Counted from the first letter of the stretch, positions 17,833-27,925 are shown. The stretch is 64,000 nucleotides of DNA from Candidatus Omnitrophota bacterium (GCA_022703055.1 JAKLEP010000002.1:352480-416479); one strand, 5' to 3'. Notes: generated by a model from the letters alone, not told the origin. A program made the numbers and translations.

Positions 17833-18566
17833 TTCTTCGTCTTTACTATATCGCCTTCCTTGACGACAGAGATGATATCCGGACCTTGGGGCGTAGCCAC
17901 TGACATCGCGTTTTCAACTTTTTCTACCTTTAATTCTCCGACGAGCTTATCGCCTTGATACAGGTAAAGTGGCTGGCCAACTTGAATATTATCTCTTTGA
18001 CCGAGGTTGGTAACAACAAAATTATATTCTTTATTTACCGTCATAACCTGACCTTCGGAAGATTCTGAATAGCTGACGACAATCTTGTCTAGTTGAACGC
18101 CAGCGGCTTCCAAGTCTTTAAGTTTTTTAGCTAAAGCCTCTTTTTCCTGTGTGACGGTATTTAGTTTTGCTTGAATATCTTCCAATTCTTTCTGGGCACT
18201 AGTCAATTTGCCCAATACTTCTTCTTTTGATGCCTTGAGAGCTTCTAGCTCCACTTTGAGGCCATCACGCTCGGATAGCAAAGAAGTTGCACCTTCTCTG
18301 GCCTGAGCCATCTCCTGGTTAAGATTGACCATTTTTGCATCCGATTCTTTTATTGATTCATTGAGCTGCAGCACCAATTTATTTGACTCATCGAGTTTCG
18401 TCTGTAAGGTCTGGACCATCTTTTCTGTCTGCTCTAATCTTTTTTCAACAGCGGCTTTTGAGTCTTTTTCCTTTTTAAGAAACATTAATGATGACATGGT
18501 TAAAACAAGCAATACTGCAATCAAGGCTATTAAAATTGGCGTAACTGTTTTGGCTCTTATGTTCAT
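17829..18566 (-). CDS. Membrane-anchored coiled-coil protein, function unknown
   Basis: One N-terminal TM helix is followed by ~140 aa of heptad-like E/K/L/Q-rich sequence and a small beta-rich C-terminus. Its stop overlaps the aroA start by 4 nt. Confidence 0.5.
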   Translation of the reverse strand: MNIRAKTVTPILIALIAVLLVLTMSSLMFLKKEKDSKAAVEKRLEQTEKMVQTLQTKLDESNKLVLQLNESIKESDAKMVNLNQEMAQAREGATSLLSERDGLKVELEALKASKEEVLGKLTSAQKELEDIQAKLNTVTQEKEALAKKLKDLEAAGVQLDKIVVSYSESSEGQVMTVNKEYNFVVTNLGQRDNIQVGQPLYLYQGDKLVGELKVEKVENAMSVATPQGPDIISVVKEGDIVKTKK

Positions 18567-18639
18567 GAAAACCGCCTCCTTCTATTCTTCTTAAGTTTAT
18601 TGAAATATATTATATACAATTTATTTTATAAAAACAAGT

Positions 18640-19548
18640 TTATTCTTGCAATATATTTTTGAATTCTACAGGCAGGTCGGATTCGAACAGCATGTTCTTT
18701 TTGGTGCGGGGATGAACAAAACCTATGCTCTTGGCATGTAAGGCTAGGCGACATTGGTCGTTGGCCTTGCCGTATTTTCTGTCCCCTAAAATTGGGTGCC
18801 CCAAATAAGCCAGATGCACCCTTAACTGATGAGTTCTTCCAGTCTGGGGAAAAAGCTCTAACAAACTAATCCCTTTTTTTCTTTTTATCACGCGGTAGAT
18901 GGTTTTAGCTTCTTTGGATTGCTTGAAAGTCACGGCCATCTTTTCTCTTGTCCTGGGATGCCTTCCCACCGGAGCTTCTATCGCGCCTTCGTCAAATTCA
19001 ACTTCGCCGTGAACCAAGGCGACATATTTTCTTTTTATGCTGTGATCCTGAAATTGCTTGGCCAAATTCATGTGCGACTGATTATTCTTTGCAACCAACA
19101 GAAGCCCTGATGTATCCTTATCCAGGCGATGCACTATGCCGGGACGGTGCGATTGGTTGATATCGGAAAGTTTTTCGCAGTGATGAACAAGCGCGTTAAC
19201 TAAAGTATTAGAATAATTCCCTGGCGCTGGATGAACCACCATCCCGTAAGGCTTATTTACCACCAACAGATCTTTGTCTTCGTAAACTATATCCAAGGGG
19301 ATATCCTGAGGCTTGATGTCGGTCTTCTCTTCGGGGGGAATATCTATACGCACCTCATCATCGATTTTTAATTTCTGGTGGGCTTTTACTTTTTTACCGT
19401 TGATAAGGACACGGCCGTCAGTTATTATCTGCTGCAAGAAACGGCGGGAAAACTGCTCCTTGAAATTTCCTGCTAAAAATAAATCCAGTCTTTGCCCCTG
19501 AGATTTATCTTCGACTTTTAAGGTATAGGATTGCATAAATTGAACCAA
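18640..19548 (-). CDS. rluD: 23S rRNA pseudouridine synthase, RluA/RluD family
   Basis: Has an S4-like N-terminus and the catalytic HRLDKDTSGLLLVAK motif. Confidence 0.9.
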   Translation of the reverse strand: MVQFMQSYTLKVEDKSQGQRLDLFLAGNFKEQFSRRFLQQIITDGRVLINGKKVKAHQKLKIDDEVRIDIPPEEKTDIKPQDIPLDIVYEDKDLLVVNKPYGMVVHPAPGNYSNTLVNALVHHCEKLSDINQSHRPGIVHRLDKDTSGLLLVAKNNQSHMNLAKQFQDHSIKRKYVALVHGEVEFDEGAIEAPVGRHPRTREKMAVTFKQSKEAKTIYRVIKRKKGISLLELFPQTGRTHQLRVHLAYLGHPILGDRKYGKANDQCRLALHAKSIGFVHPRTKKNMLFESDLPVEFKNILQE

Positions 19549-20233
19549 AAAACAGAAGTATCGCTATTATCTGAAATATAGTCAAGCCAAATAATTCTCG
19601 AGGAGAATCAGCTCTTAAGAATTCAACGGCAAAACGTATGAATGAATATGAAGCCAGGTATAAAAAGAATACCGTCCCCCTCTTATGCTTCTTTTCTCTT
19701 AAGGCAAGAAGCACGCTGAACACCATGAATAGCAAAAATGACTCAATAAGCTGTGTAGGAATTAACTTTTCTTGATGAGCAGGAAAATATATGCCCCATT
19801 TTGCCGGCCTGCCATAACAACAGCCATTTAGAAAGCAACCGATTCTTCCAATAGCATGGCCTAGTGCTACATAAGGAGCAAAAAAATCTAAGGTTTTAAG
19901 TATGGGCAGATTATTTTTCTTTAAGAATACGACCCCTCCCGCAAGCGCAAAACCGAACGCCCCAAACCAAACCAATCCTCCATGATGAAGCATTATTATT
20001 TCTAAGGGGTTCTCCAGATAATACGGCAAATTCAGGATTACATACAGGATTCTGCCGCCGATTATCCCACTCACAAGAACAAAAAAAGACAAATCATAAA
20101 TCTTATCGGGATCCAAATCATAGCGGCGCGCATCTCTCCTGGCAAGAAAAATGCACACCAAGAAAGCTATGGCAATCATCAATCCGTAAGAATATATTCT
20201 CAGCGGGCCTATTTGTAAAAGGATCGGATACAT
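19505..20233 (-). CDS. lgt: Prolipoprotein diacylglyceryl transferase
   Basis: Polytopic membrane protein with GRIGCFLNGCCYGRP. It is adjacent to lspA. Confidence 0.9.
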   Translation of the reverse strand: MYPILLQIGPLRIYSYGLMIAIAFLVCIFLARRDARRYDLDPDKIYDLSFFVLVSGIIGGRILYVILNLPYYLENPLEIIMLHHGGLVWFGAFGFALAGGVVFLKKNNLPILKTLDFFAPYVALGHAIGRIGCFLNGCCYGRPAKWGIYFPAHQEKLIPTQLIESFLLFMVFSVLLALREKKHKRGTVFFLYLASYSFIRFAVEFLRADSPRELFGLTIFQIIAILLFFGSIYAILYLKSRR

Positions 20234-20655
20234 CTTATTAAGATTAAAATTACCCCAATCGTAATTGCCGAATCGGCAACATTGAACACCGGCCAGACGC
20301 GAAAATCCAAGAAATCCACAACGAAACCAAGACGGAACCTATCGACGAGATTACCAATGGCACCTGATAGAATTAAATACAACGCAAAAATCTCCAGGTG
20401 GCTCACATCTTTTCTTTTTCGTTGATCTAAGATGCTCAAAATTATCAATGCGATAACAAAAAAAGAGACTGCGCTAAATAAAAGTGTCTGATTCTTAAAC
20501 AGGCCAAAAGCTATCCCGGTGTTATAAACCAAGGTAAGATGGAATATATTCGGTATTACCGGAACCGACTGACCCAAATAAAAATTACTAAAAATAATGC
20601 CCTTTGAAACCTGGTCAACTATTAGAATTAAAATAAAAACTATTATGTTTAACAT
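20209..20655 (-). CDS. lspA: Lipoprotein signal peptidase (signal peptidase II)
   Basis: Contains NTGIAFGLF, GAIGNLVDR and FNVADSAI motifs. Confidence 0.9.
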   Translation of the reverse strand: MLNIIVFILILIVDQVSKGIIFSNFYLGQSVPVIPNIFHLTLVYNTGIAFGLFKNQTLLFSAVSFFVIALIILSILDQRKRKDVSHLEIFALYLILSGAIGNLVDRFRLGFVVDFLDFRVWPVFNVADSAITIGVILILIRCIRSFYK

Positions 20656-20691
20656 GTAATGTAAAGCGACAGGATTAATGTTCCTGCTAGA

Positions 20692-21069
20692 TTATCTTTC
20701 CAGTTTCTTTTGACAACCTAGGCATAACTTTGTATAAGGAATGGCTTTTAGTCGAGATTTAGTGATTGGCTTGCCGCATTCTTCACAGGAACCGAATTTA
20801 CCATCTTCTAGTTTCTTGATAGCATCATCTATATCGTAAAGAAGCTGCCTGTCATTGGAAGCCAGGCCTAAAGAAAATTCTCTATCATATGTATCGGTGG
20901 CTACATCGGCCATATGGAATGAATACCCTGATATATCCCCCGAAGCATCCCTCTGGGACTTTTTGGTATCCTCAGAAATATGTTTTATCTGGTCTATGAT
21001 TTCGTCCCTTAAATCAGTAAGTATTTTTTTGTAAACTTTAAGATCTTTCTTGGTTATCTTGCCCTTCAT
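20692..21069 (-). CDS. DksA/TraR-family C4 zinc-finger regulator
   Basis: Has a coiled-coil N-terminus and a C-terminal CEECGKPI...CLGC zinc finger. Confidence 0.8.
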   Translation of the reverse strand: MKGKITKKDLKVYKKILTDLRDEIIDQIKHISEDTKKSQRDASGDISGYSFHMADVATDTYDREFSLGLASNDRQLLYDIDDAIKKLEDGKFGSCEECGKPITKSRLKAIPYTKLCLGCQKKLER

Positions 21070-23885
21070 TGCTGACCTCCGCTAATTGCTTCGATACATC
21101 TTGAACATAACGCAGTGTGGGTTATGTCTCTCCCTACTGTATCAGAATAGTTCCAACAGCGCAAGCATTTATTGCCAGTAGCCTTTTTGACCTCAATAAA
21201 TAAACCAGAAAAACCATTTTCCGTCAAGTCTTTATTTAATTTTTTAACGCTTAACACTTGCACATCGGATACGATAAAGAAAGCATTTAGTTGCCTCTGC
21301 ATCTGAGTTAAGTATTTGAGCCATTTTGGATTATCCGTGCTGATTATTATCTGGGCTTCCAGCGAACTTCCTATATTACCAGCACTTCTGTAATCCTCTA
21401 GCTTCTTAAGCACTATCGGCCTTAAACTAACTAAGTCTTTAAAAAGCTCCTCCATATTTTTATTCTGCCACTCGCGATTTAATGTCGGCCAATCCAACAA
21501 ATGTACGCTTGCCTTATCCATATCTTCTTTAGATTTTGGCATAGTTTTGAAAATTTCTTCCGCGCTAAAGGCCAAAATCGGAGCCAAAATCCTCACCAAG
21601 ACATTCAAGACTTCATACATGACGGTCTGTGCTGCCCGACGGGCAACCGACTTTTTGGCAAAGGTATAAAGCCTATCCTTTAAGATATCTAGATAGACTG
21701 CCGAAAGATCTTCGTTGCAGAAACTATAAATCAGACGGTATGCCTTAGCAAAATTGAACTCCTCTTTATTTTTCAATCCATAAGCCTCTTCAACCTGGGA
21801 TAACATTAACGCCAATTTATTCAAGCACCATTTATCTATATCCAGTAAATCTCCATAAGGTATTTTATCCTTATCTGGATCAAAATCGTATAAGTTCCCC
21901 AGGAGGAATCTTATGGTATTTCGGATTTTTCTGTACGCTTCAATAAGACGCAAAAGTATCTCTTTGGAAACCCTGATATCTTCGGCGTAATCGCTGGATG
22001 CCACCCACAGCCTTAAGATGTCAGCGCCGTAATCTTTCATCACATCGTGCGGCGAGACGACATTTCCTAAAGATTTTGACATCTTGCGGCCATCGCTGTC
22101 AACAGTAAATCCGTGAGTAAGCACTGCCTTAAACGGCGGCCTCTCGTCTATAGCCATAGATGGAATTAACGAAGACTGGAACCATCCTCTGTGCTGGTCT
22201 GAACCTTCCAGATAAAGGTCTGCGGGCAGCGCATTTATCGGCTTTAACACCGCCTGATGGCTTACGCCCGAATCAAACCAGACATCGACAATATCCACGC
22301 CTTTTTCGAAATTGCTAGTTTTGCAATTCGAACATTGATAATTGGGCGGCAATAATTCATTTAAATTTTTAGCAAACCAGGAATCGGTCCCTTCTTTTAA
22401 AACTATCTCCGCGAAACGGCTCACGATATTTTCATCCAAAATCCATTTTCCGCAATCGCGGCATTTTATCGCCGGAATCGGTACGCCCCAGTATCTCTGA
22501 CGGGAAAGACACCAATCCGGCCTCAATTCAATCATGGCCGCAATTCTTTCCATACCGGCAGCAGGAATCCATCTGATTGATCTCTGGACTGCATTAATTA
22601 ATTTACTACGCAAGTTTTTGTGGTCGATTTTCATAAACCATTGCTCGGTGGCGCGAAAGATAATCGGGCTCTTGCAGCGCCAACAATGAGGATAAGCATG
22701 GCTTAATTTTTCCGCTAAAAGTAAAATTCCTTTTTCCTGCAGGCGAGCGATAATCCTGTCGTTAGCATCAAAAACATGCAAGCCTTGCAAATCCTGGGCA
22801 TAGGAAGTAAATTTGCCTTTGTCGTCAACCGGCATGACTACTTCCAGATTGTATCTCTGTCCGGTCACATGATCTTCCTGTCCATGGCCGGGCGCGGTAT
22901 GCACTAAACCCGTTCCTTCCTCTTTAGTGACATAATCCGCCAAAACCACTTTGCAATCCTGCCTTAATCCTAAAGGATGAACGTAAGATGTGCCTTCTAA
23001 ATTCTTGCCGAAAACTTCCTGGATTACTTTATAATCTTTAAGATTGCACTTTTCTAAAACTGAAATTGCCAGGCTATTCTCAAGGATCAAAATCTCACCG
23101 GCAACTTCGACTAAAGAATATTTATAGTGCGGATGGGCGGCCACTGCGACGTTGGCGACCAATGTCCAGGGAGTTGTGGTCCAAACGACTAAAAATACGT
23201 TTTTATTCTTTAAGCTAACATCAATATGCTCGGGATTATTTACTTTAAACTTGATGTATATGGACGGCGAAGAATGATTTTCGTATTCTACTTCTGCCTC
23301 GGCTAATGCCGTCTCGCATTTATAACACCAGTTGACGGGTTTTAGGCCACGATAGATATATCCCTTTTTTACCAAATCGGCAAAGGATTTCACAATCCAA
23401 TATTCGTATTCATGATTTAGGGTAAGGTAGGGATTCTGCCAGTCGCCAAAAACTCCCAAGCGTTTAAATTGCTCCTTCTGGATACCCACGTAGCGCATGG
23501 CATAATCGTGGGCTTTCTTGCGAAACTCCACTTGCGGAATCTGTGATTTATGGATTCCTAATTCTTTAAGTAGCTGATGTTCTACCGGTAGGCCATGGCA
23601 ATCCCATCCGGGAATATACGGAGCATCAAAACCTTGCATAGTCTTATATTTGACAATAATGTCCTTTAAAGTCTTATTTAAGGCATGACCAAGGTGAATG
23701 TCACCGTTGGCATAGGGCGGTCCGTCGTGCAGTATATATTTTGGCTTGCCTTGATATTTTTTTCTGATCAGGCCATAGATATCCTGTTTTTCCCATTCGG
23801 CTAAAATAGACGGCTCCTTTTGGGCAAGATTGGCCTTCATGGGAAAATCTGTCTTGGGTAGATTTAAGGTCTCTCGGTAATCCAT
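21066..23885 (-). CDS. ileS: Isoleucyl-tRNA synthetase
   Basis: 939 aa with the HIGH motif (GDIHLGHALN), KMSKS (GRKMSKSLGN) and a C-terminal zinc-binding cysteine cluster. Confidence 0.97.
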   Translation of the reverse strand: MDYRETLNLPKTDFPMKANLAQKEPSILAEWEKQDIYGLIRKKYQGKPKYILHDGPPYANGDIHLGHALNKTLKDIIVKYKTMQGFDAPYIPGWDCHGLPVEHQLLKELGIHKSQIPQVEFRKKAHDYAMRYVGIQKEQFKRLGVFGDWQNPYLTLNHEYEYWIVKSFADLVKKGYIYRGLKPVNWCYKCETALAEAEVEYENHSSPSIYIKFKVNNPEHIDVSLKNKNVFLVVWTTTPWTLVANVAVAAHPHYKYSLVEVAGEILILENSLAISVLEKCNLKDYKVIQEVFGKNLEGTSYVHPLGLRQDCKVVLADYVTKEEGTGLVHTAPGHGQEDHVTGQRYNLEVVMPVDDKGKFTSYAQDLQGLHVFDANDRIIARLQEKGILLLAEKLSHAYPHCWRCKSPIIFRATEQWFMKIDHKNLRSKLINAVQRSIRWIPAAGMERIAAMIELRPDWCLSRQRYWGVPIPAIKCRDCGKWILDENIVSRFAEIVLKEGTDSWFAKNLNELLPPNYQCSNCKTSNFEKGVDIVDVWFDSGVSHQAVLKPINALPADLYLEGSDQHRGWFQSSLIPSMAIDERPPFKAVLTHGFTVDSDGRKMSKSLGNVVSPHDVMKDYGADILRLWVASSDYAEDIRVSKEILLRLIEAYRKIRNTIRFLLGNLYDFDPDKDKIPYGDLLDIDKWCLNKLALMLSQVEEAYGLKNKEEFNFAKAYRLIYSFCNEDLSAVYLDILKDRLYTFAKKSVARRAAQTVMYEVLNVLVRILAPILAFSAEEIFKTMPKSKEDMDKASVHLLDWPTLNREWQNKNMEELFKDLVSLRPIVLKKLEDYRSAGNIGSSLEAQIIISTDNPKWLKYLTQMQRQLNAFFIVSDVQVLSVKKLNKDLTENGFSGLFIEVKKATGNKCLRCWNYSDTVGRDITHTALCSRCIEAISGGQQ

Positions 23886-23886
23886 A

Positions 23887-24789
23887 TTATTTAAAGTGCA
23901 TTAATTTTTTAAAATTTCTTACTCTCTGGTTAACTTCTTTCAAGGTAAGTCGCGATGTCCGCTCTACTCCGAATCCTTCGACATTAAACGAGGCAATAAT
24001 TGTACCATAACAAATCGCTTTCTTAAGCGTATTTTTGTTTATTTTCTTGGCCTTGGCCAGGTAGCCGATAAAACCTCCGGCAAAAGAATCGCCTGCGCCG
24101 GTTGGGTCAACCAGGTTGTCTACCGGGTATGCCGGAAGAGAAAATATCGTATTGTCGAAATAGGCAATGACGCCATGCTCTCCCTTTTTTATCAAGACTA
24201 TCTCTGGGCCAAGTCTCTTTAGTGACTTGGCGGCATTTATCAAATACCTTTCCCCGGAAATTGCCCTGGCTTCGGCATCATTAGCCAAAAATATGTCTGA
24301 CTTTTTTAAAATCTTAAAAAGCGACTGCCTTTTAGTGTCTATCCAATAATTCATGGTATCCAAGGCCACCAAGCGTGGTGATTTTATAGTTTCTAGAAGC
24401 CTCAGCTGGATATCAGGATCGACATTGGCCAAGAAAACATTACTGATTTTGCGCTGCCCAGGGTTAATCCTCGGAGAAAACTCACTCAATACTCCCAAAA
24501 TCGTCTTTAAAGTAATGGCTGCGTTTAAATCTCCCCTATATTCTCCGCTCCACCTGAAGCTTGCCCCCGGCTGCCTCCTGATCGAAGAGACATCCACGCC
24601 TTTCTTGCGCAAGAAATCTAAATGTTTACTAGGAAAATCCTCGCCTATTACTGAAACCAAATTAACATCACAAAAGAATCTTGCGGCTAAAGCAAAATGC
24701 GTAGCCGATCCTCCGAGGATGTCGCATCTTTTTCCTGACGGAGTTTTCACCGTATCTAAAGCAACTGTACCTAGAGCTAATAATTTCAT
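23887..24789 (-). CDS. PfkB-family carbohydrate/nucleoside kinase
   Basis: Carries the C-terminal DPTGAGDSFAGGF signature of the ribokinase/PfkB family. Confidence 0.8.
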   Translation of the reverse strand: MKLLALGTVALDTVKTPSGKRCDILGGSATHFALAARFFCDVNLVSVIGEDFPSKHLDFLRKKGVDVSSIRRQPGASFRWSGEYRGDLNAAITLKTILGVLSEFSPRINPGQRKISNVFLANVDPDIQLRLLETIKSPRLVALDTMNYWIDTKRQSLFKILKKSDIFLANDAEARAISGERYLINAAKSLKRLGPEIVLIKKGEHGVIAYFDNTIFSLPAYPVDNLVDPTGAGDSFAGGFIGYLAKAKKINKNTLKKAICYGTIIASFNVEGFGVERTSRLTLKEVNQRVRNFKKLMHFK

Positions 24790-24790
24790 A

Positions 24791-25651
24791 TTATTTTATA
24801 TATTTGCCAATAATCAAAGAAAGGTCCTTTTTGACTTTGGCAGGAATCATATCTTTTGCAGTAACTACAGCAAACTTCATCGCGTCTTTGCACTCGCAGG
24901 TCCTTGGTTTATCCAGCCGAGGAATAGTTAACTGCAAAATCTTCTTGGCATTCTCGATATTTTTCTGAAGATTCTGGATGACCATATCGATAGATACATC
25001 TTCTTCGGTCTGATGCCAGCAATCAAAATCTGTAACTGCAGCCAAGGTGGCATAACAGATTTCCGCTTCCCTGGCCAATTTTGCTTCTGCAAGATTTGTC
25101 ATACCAATTATATCCATTCCCCATTTGCGATAAAGCTCGGATTCGGCGCGAGTGGAAAATGCCGGACCTTCCATATTAAGATAGGTGCCGCCAAAATGGG
25201 CTTTGATACCTAATTCTCTTGTCGCAGAATATAACGCAGTAGCCAGATCCTTGCATATCGGATCGGCGAAGACAACGTGGGCGACAATACCACCAGTGAA
25301 AAAACTGTCTTGCCTGGCTTTATTTGTCCTGTCGACAAATTGGTCGGGAATCACGAAATCCAAAGGCTTGAGTTCTTCCTTGAGGCTTCCGCAGGCCGTA
25401 ACCGAAATAATCTGCTCTACTCCGAGTTTTTTCATGCCGAAGATATTCGCCCGGAAATTCAATTCTGACGGCGAAATACGATGGCCCTTGCCGTGACGAG
25501 GCAAGAATGCAACTTCTGTATCTGCTAGTTTTCCGATTACAAATTTATCAGAGGGATCGCCAAAGGGGGTTTTGATTGCGACTTCTTTGACATTCTTCAA
25601 ACCTTCAATCTGATAAAGCCCACTGCCGCCGATTATTCCGATTTTTGCCAT
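24791..25651 (-). CDS. mtnP: S-methyl-5'-thioadenosine phosphorylase
   Basis: Contains GIIGGSGLY and LPRHGKGHRISPSELNFRANI, which are typical of MTAP. Confidence 0.9.
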   Translation of the reverse strand: MAKIGIIGGSGLYQIEGLKNVKEVAIKTPFGDPSDKFVIGKLADTEVAFLPRHGKGHRISPSELNFRANIFGMKKLGVEQIISVTACGSLKEELKPLDFVIPDQFVDRTNKARQDSFFTGGIVAHVVFADPICKDLATALYSATRELGIKAHFGGTYLNMEGPAFSTRAESELYRKWGMDIIGMTNLAEAKLAREAEICYATLAAVTDFDCWHQTEEDVSIDMVIQNLQKNIENAKKILQLTIPRLDKPRTCECKDAMKFAVVTAKDMIPAKVKKDLSLIIGKYIK

Positions 25652-25654
25652 TGA

Positions 25655-26476
25655 TTAACCTTTCTTGGATAATTCTTTCGCCCGTTTTAAAGCTGCCTTG
25701 ACCGCCGCTTCTAAAGATCCGCCTTTATGCAAAACTTCCAAAGCTGCTTCGGTAGTGCCGCCCTTTGAAACAACTTGTTTTTTCGCTTCTTGCGGCGAAA
25801 GTTTTGCCTTTTCAAGATATGCGATGCTCCCCTCGGCAGTAACCTTAGCTAAAACCTCTGCCTCAAGCTTAGAAAAACCGATACTTTCCGCCGAAGATAT
25901 AAGTTTTGTGACAAAATCCTGTTCATAATCTTTTATTTCTTTAAGGTCTTTACCTTCGGATAAATCATAAAAATATCCCGGACCACTGCCGGAAATCGCC
26001 GTTGCCGCATCGATCATATCTTCCTTCAATATCAAAGTCTCTCCTAATTGATCAAAAACAAATTTGGCAAAATCCAAATCTTCATCGGAGGCAAATTTTC
26101 CTTTAGCCAGACAGCTCATGCCTTTGCCGATTTTAGCCGGCATATTCGGCATGACTCTTATTACTTTGACTTTGCCTAAAATCTTTTGGATATATTCCAT
26201 GGTTATTCCTGCGGCGATCGAAATAACCAGCTTGTTATCTATATCATCTTTCAATTCCTTCAATGAACTCTCAAAATCTTGCGGTTTTATGGCTAAAATT
26301 ACTGCCTCTGATTTATTGAGTAAATCAGCAATGTTTTTTGCGACATTCCCGCTGGATAGATCTCTGGTCTTGACAGAATCCTTATCAAAAACTAAAAGAG
26401 AATAATCATCCTTCAATCTCTCAAAGATTGCCCTGCCCATATTCCCGCAACCGATTATTCCGATTTTATTGTACAT
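25655..26476 (-). CDS. proC: Pyrroline-5-carboxylate reductase
   Basis: Has an N-terminal Rossmann motif IGIIGCGNMGRAI and a P5CR C-terminal dimerisation region. Confidence 0.9.
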   Translation of the reverse strand: MYNKIGIIGCGNMGRAIFERLKDDYSLLVFDKDSVKTRDLSSGNVAKNIADLLNKSEAVILAIKPQDFESSLKELKDDIDNKLVISIAAGITMEYIQKILGKVKVIRVMPNMPAKIGKGMSCLAKGKFASDEDLDFAKFVFDQLGETLILKEDMIDAATAISGSGPGYFYDLSEGKDLKEIKDYEQDFVTKLISSAESIGFSKLEAEVLAKVTAEGSIAYLEKAKLSPQEAKKQVVSKGGTTEAALEVLHKGGSLEAAVKAALKRAKELSKKG

Positions 26477-27167
26477 TAGAGAATACCGCCCTCCCCAGCC
26501 TAAGCATATTAGAACCTTCCTCTATAGCGATCTCGTAATCGTCGGTCATCCCCATGGAAAGATAATTCATTTTGATATTGGAAAAAGAATAATTTTTAGC
26601 GGCTTGCTCTTTAAGTTTCCTTAGACTGGCGAAAGCCTGCCTTATTCTGTTCTCGTCAGAAGTAAGAGGACCAACTGTCATCAGCCCTGAAATCCGAATA
26701 TTTTCTAAAGCTGAAATTTTATCCATCAATTCAAAAGCTTTGTCGTTTTCTATGCCAGATTTTGATGCTTCGCCGGAAGTGTTTACTTCAACCAATATAT
26801 CAACAACCCTATTATTCATGCTAGCATCGGAATTAATCTTTTCTGCCAAACGCAAGCTATCCACTGATTGAATCATATCAAACATTTCCAAGGCTTTTTT
26901 CACTTTATTAGTCTGCAGATGGCCAATCATATGCCATTTTACTCCTGATTCTTTACATAATCCCTTTAGCCGCAGATACTTATCTTCAGCTTCCTGTATG
27001 CGGTTCTCTCCGATATGTTTAATACCGGAATTTACGGCCTCAATAATTTTTTCAGGGATAACACCTTTTGTCACTGCGACTATAGTGATCTCGTCGGAAG
27101 AACGAGAGACTTTTTTGGCGGCAAGATAAATTCTTTCTTTGATACGCGCGATATTATCCTTAATCAT
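26466..27167 (-). CDS. yggS: PLP homeostasis protein YggS/PROSC family
   Basis: Contains VAVTKGV (PLP lysine) and HMIGHLQTNKVK. Confidence 0.9.
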   Translation of the reverse strand: MIKDNIARIKERIYLAAKKVSRSSDEITIVAVTKGVIPEKIIEAVNSGIKHIGENRIQEAEDKYLRLKGLCKESGVKWHMIGHLQTNKVKKALEMFDMIQSVDSLRLAEKINSDASMNNRVVDILVEVNTSGEASKSGIENDKAFELMDKISALENIRISGLMTVGPLTSDENRIRQAFASLRKLKEQAAKNYSFSNIKMNYLSMGMTDDYEIAIEEGSNMLRLGRAVFSNVQ

Positions 27168-27175
27168 TTTTGATT

Positions 27176-27204
27176 AAATTAACACAAAACCGCCGTGGTG
27201 TCAA
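27176..27204 (-). promoter_or_regulatory. Sigma70-like promoter placed for a leaderless or near-leaderless yggS transcript
   Basis: The minus strand reads TTGACA-17 nt-TAATTT, with only 8 nt (aatcaaaa) between the -10 hexamer and the yggS ATG. There is no Shine-Dalgarno sequence. Confidence 0.35.
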
Positions 27205-27244
27205 TATAATATGCTGACGAGAGACCGATAGGCGGGGAAATAAA

Positions 27245-27279
27245 ATGGGCGGCTGCCACATTCTGTGGCAGCCGCCCAT
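27245..27279 (-). terminator. Rho-independent terminator (perfect 16-bp GC-rich stem, 3-nt loop)
   Basis: The hairpin is ATGGGCGGCTGCCACA-ttc-TGTGGCAGCCGCCCAT. On the minus strand it is followed by TTTTATTT. It lies 130 nt downstream of the 115-aa ORF stop. Confidence 0.65.
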
Positions 27280-27409
27280 TATCAATAGCTTGTTTAGATC
27301 AGTTAAAGCTTAATATTCTATTATCATTTACCGCATCGGCATTACGACCGGTATCGGCTCAAAGTTCGTTTTTTTCTCTACCGTAAACCGAATAGACTCT
27401 GATTAAACC

Positions 27410-27757
27410 TTACGACAATATTTCGTGCGCCTCTTCGCTAAGGGCTATCCTTAATGAATGGCAATATACAACAAGATACATTTTCTGGTTGCAACTGACG
27501 TAGAAATTACCCTTTATCTTAAAAAGAAATTTCTCCACTCTTAGTTTTGAATCATGTATTTTATAAATGAAAAACTCCGGCTTCTCGGCGATCTCGCCTG
27601 CTCCGGTAACTTCTCTTACCAGATAAATAAAGCTTCTATTAACCCGAGTCAAGACTCCGTCCTTGTTGAAAGCCTCAGACAGAGAAAGTATCTTTCTTTT
27701 TTTATTTATGGAAGTAAGATTTTTTAAAAGCAGTTCTCTCATTTCTATTTCTCCCAT
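27410..27757 (-). CDS. Hypothetical protein, 115 aa, no family recognised
   Basis: The ORF has a plausible RBS (GGTGAGGA, 9 nt upstream of the ATG), its own promoter-like element and its own terminator. I recognise no motif. Confidence 0.45.
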   Translation of the reverse strand: MGEIEMRELLLKNLTSINKKRKILSLSEAFNKDGVLTRVNRSFIYLVREVTGAGEIAEKPEFFIYKIHDSKLRVEKFLFKIKGNFYVSCNQKMYLVVYCHSLRIALSEEAHEILS

Positions 27758-27780
27758 TGCTTATTTCCTCACCTAATAAA

Positions 27781-27830
27781 GCTGGGCTATCGGTTCATCC
27801 TCTTAAGACTTAACCATCTGATAGCCCAGC
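27781..27830 (-). promoter_or_regulatory. Terminator/attenuator-like hairpin in the 5' leader of the 115-aa ORF
   Basis: GCTGGGCTATC (27781-27791) pairs with GATAGCCCAGC (27820-27830), extended internally by GGTT/AACC. On the minus strand it is followed by TTTATT, then the RBS and ATG 23 nt later. The upstream CCAGC (complement of 27846-27850) can pair with the 5' arm instead. Confidence 0.4.
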
Positions 27831-27925
27831 TGCCCCTCTTCTATGGCTGGTGGGGACGATTCTTAAACTTCAAATCTTTTTAAAAGTCTTTAGAAAATAA
27901 CCATTAAAAAACTTTTTCTACCTTA

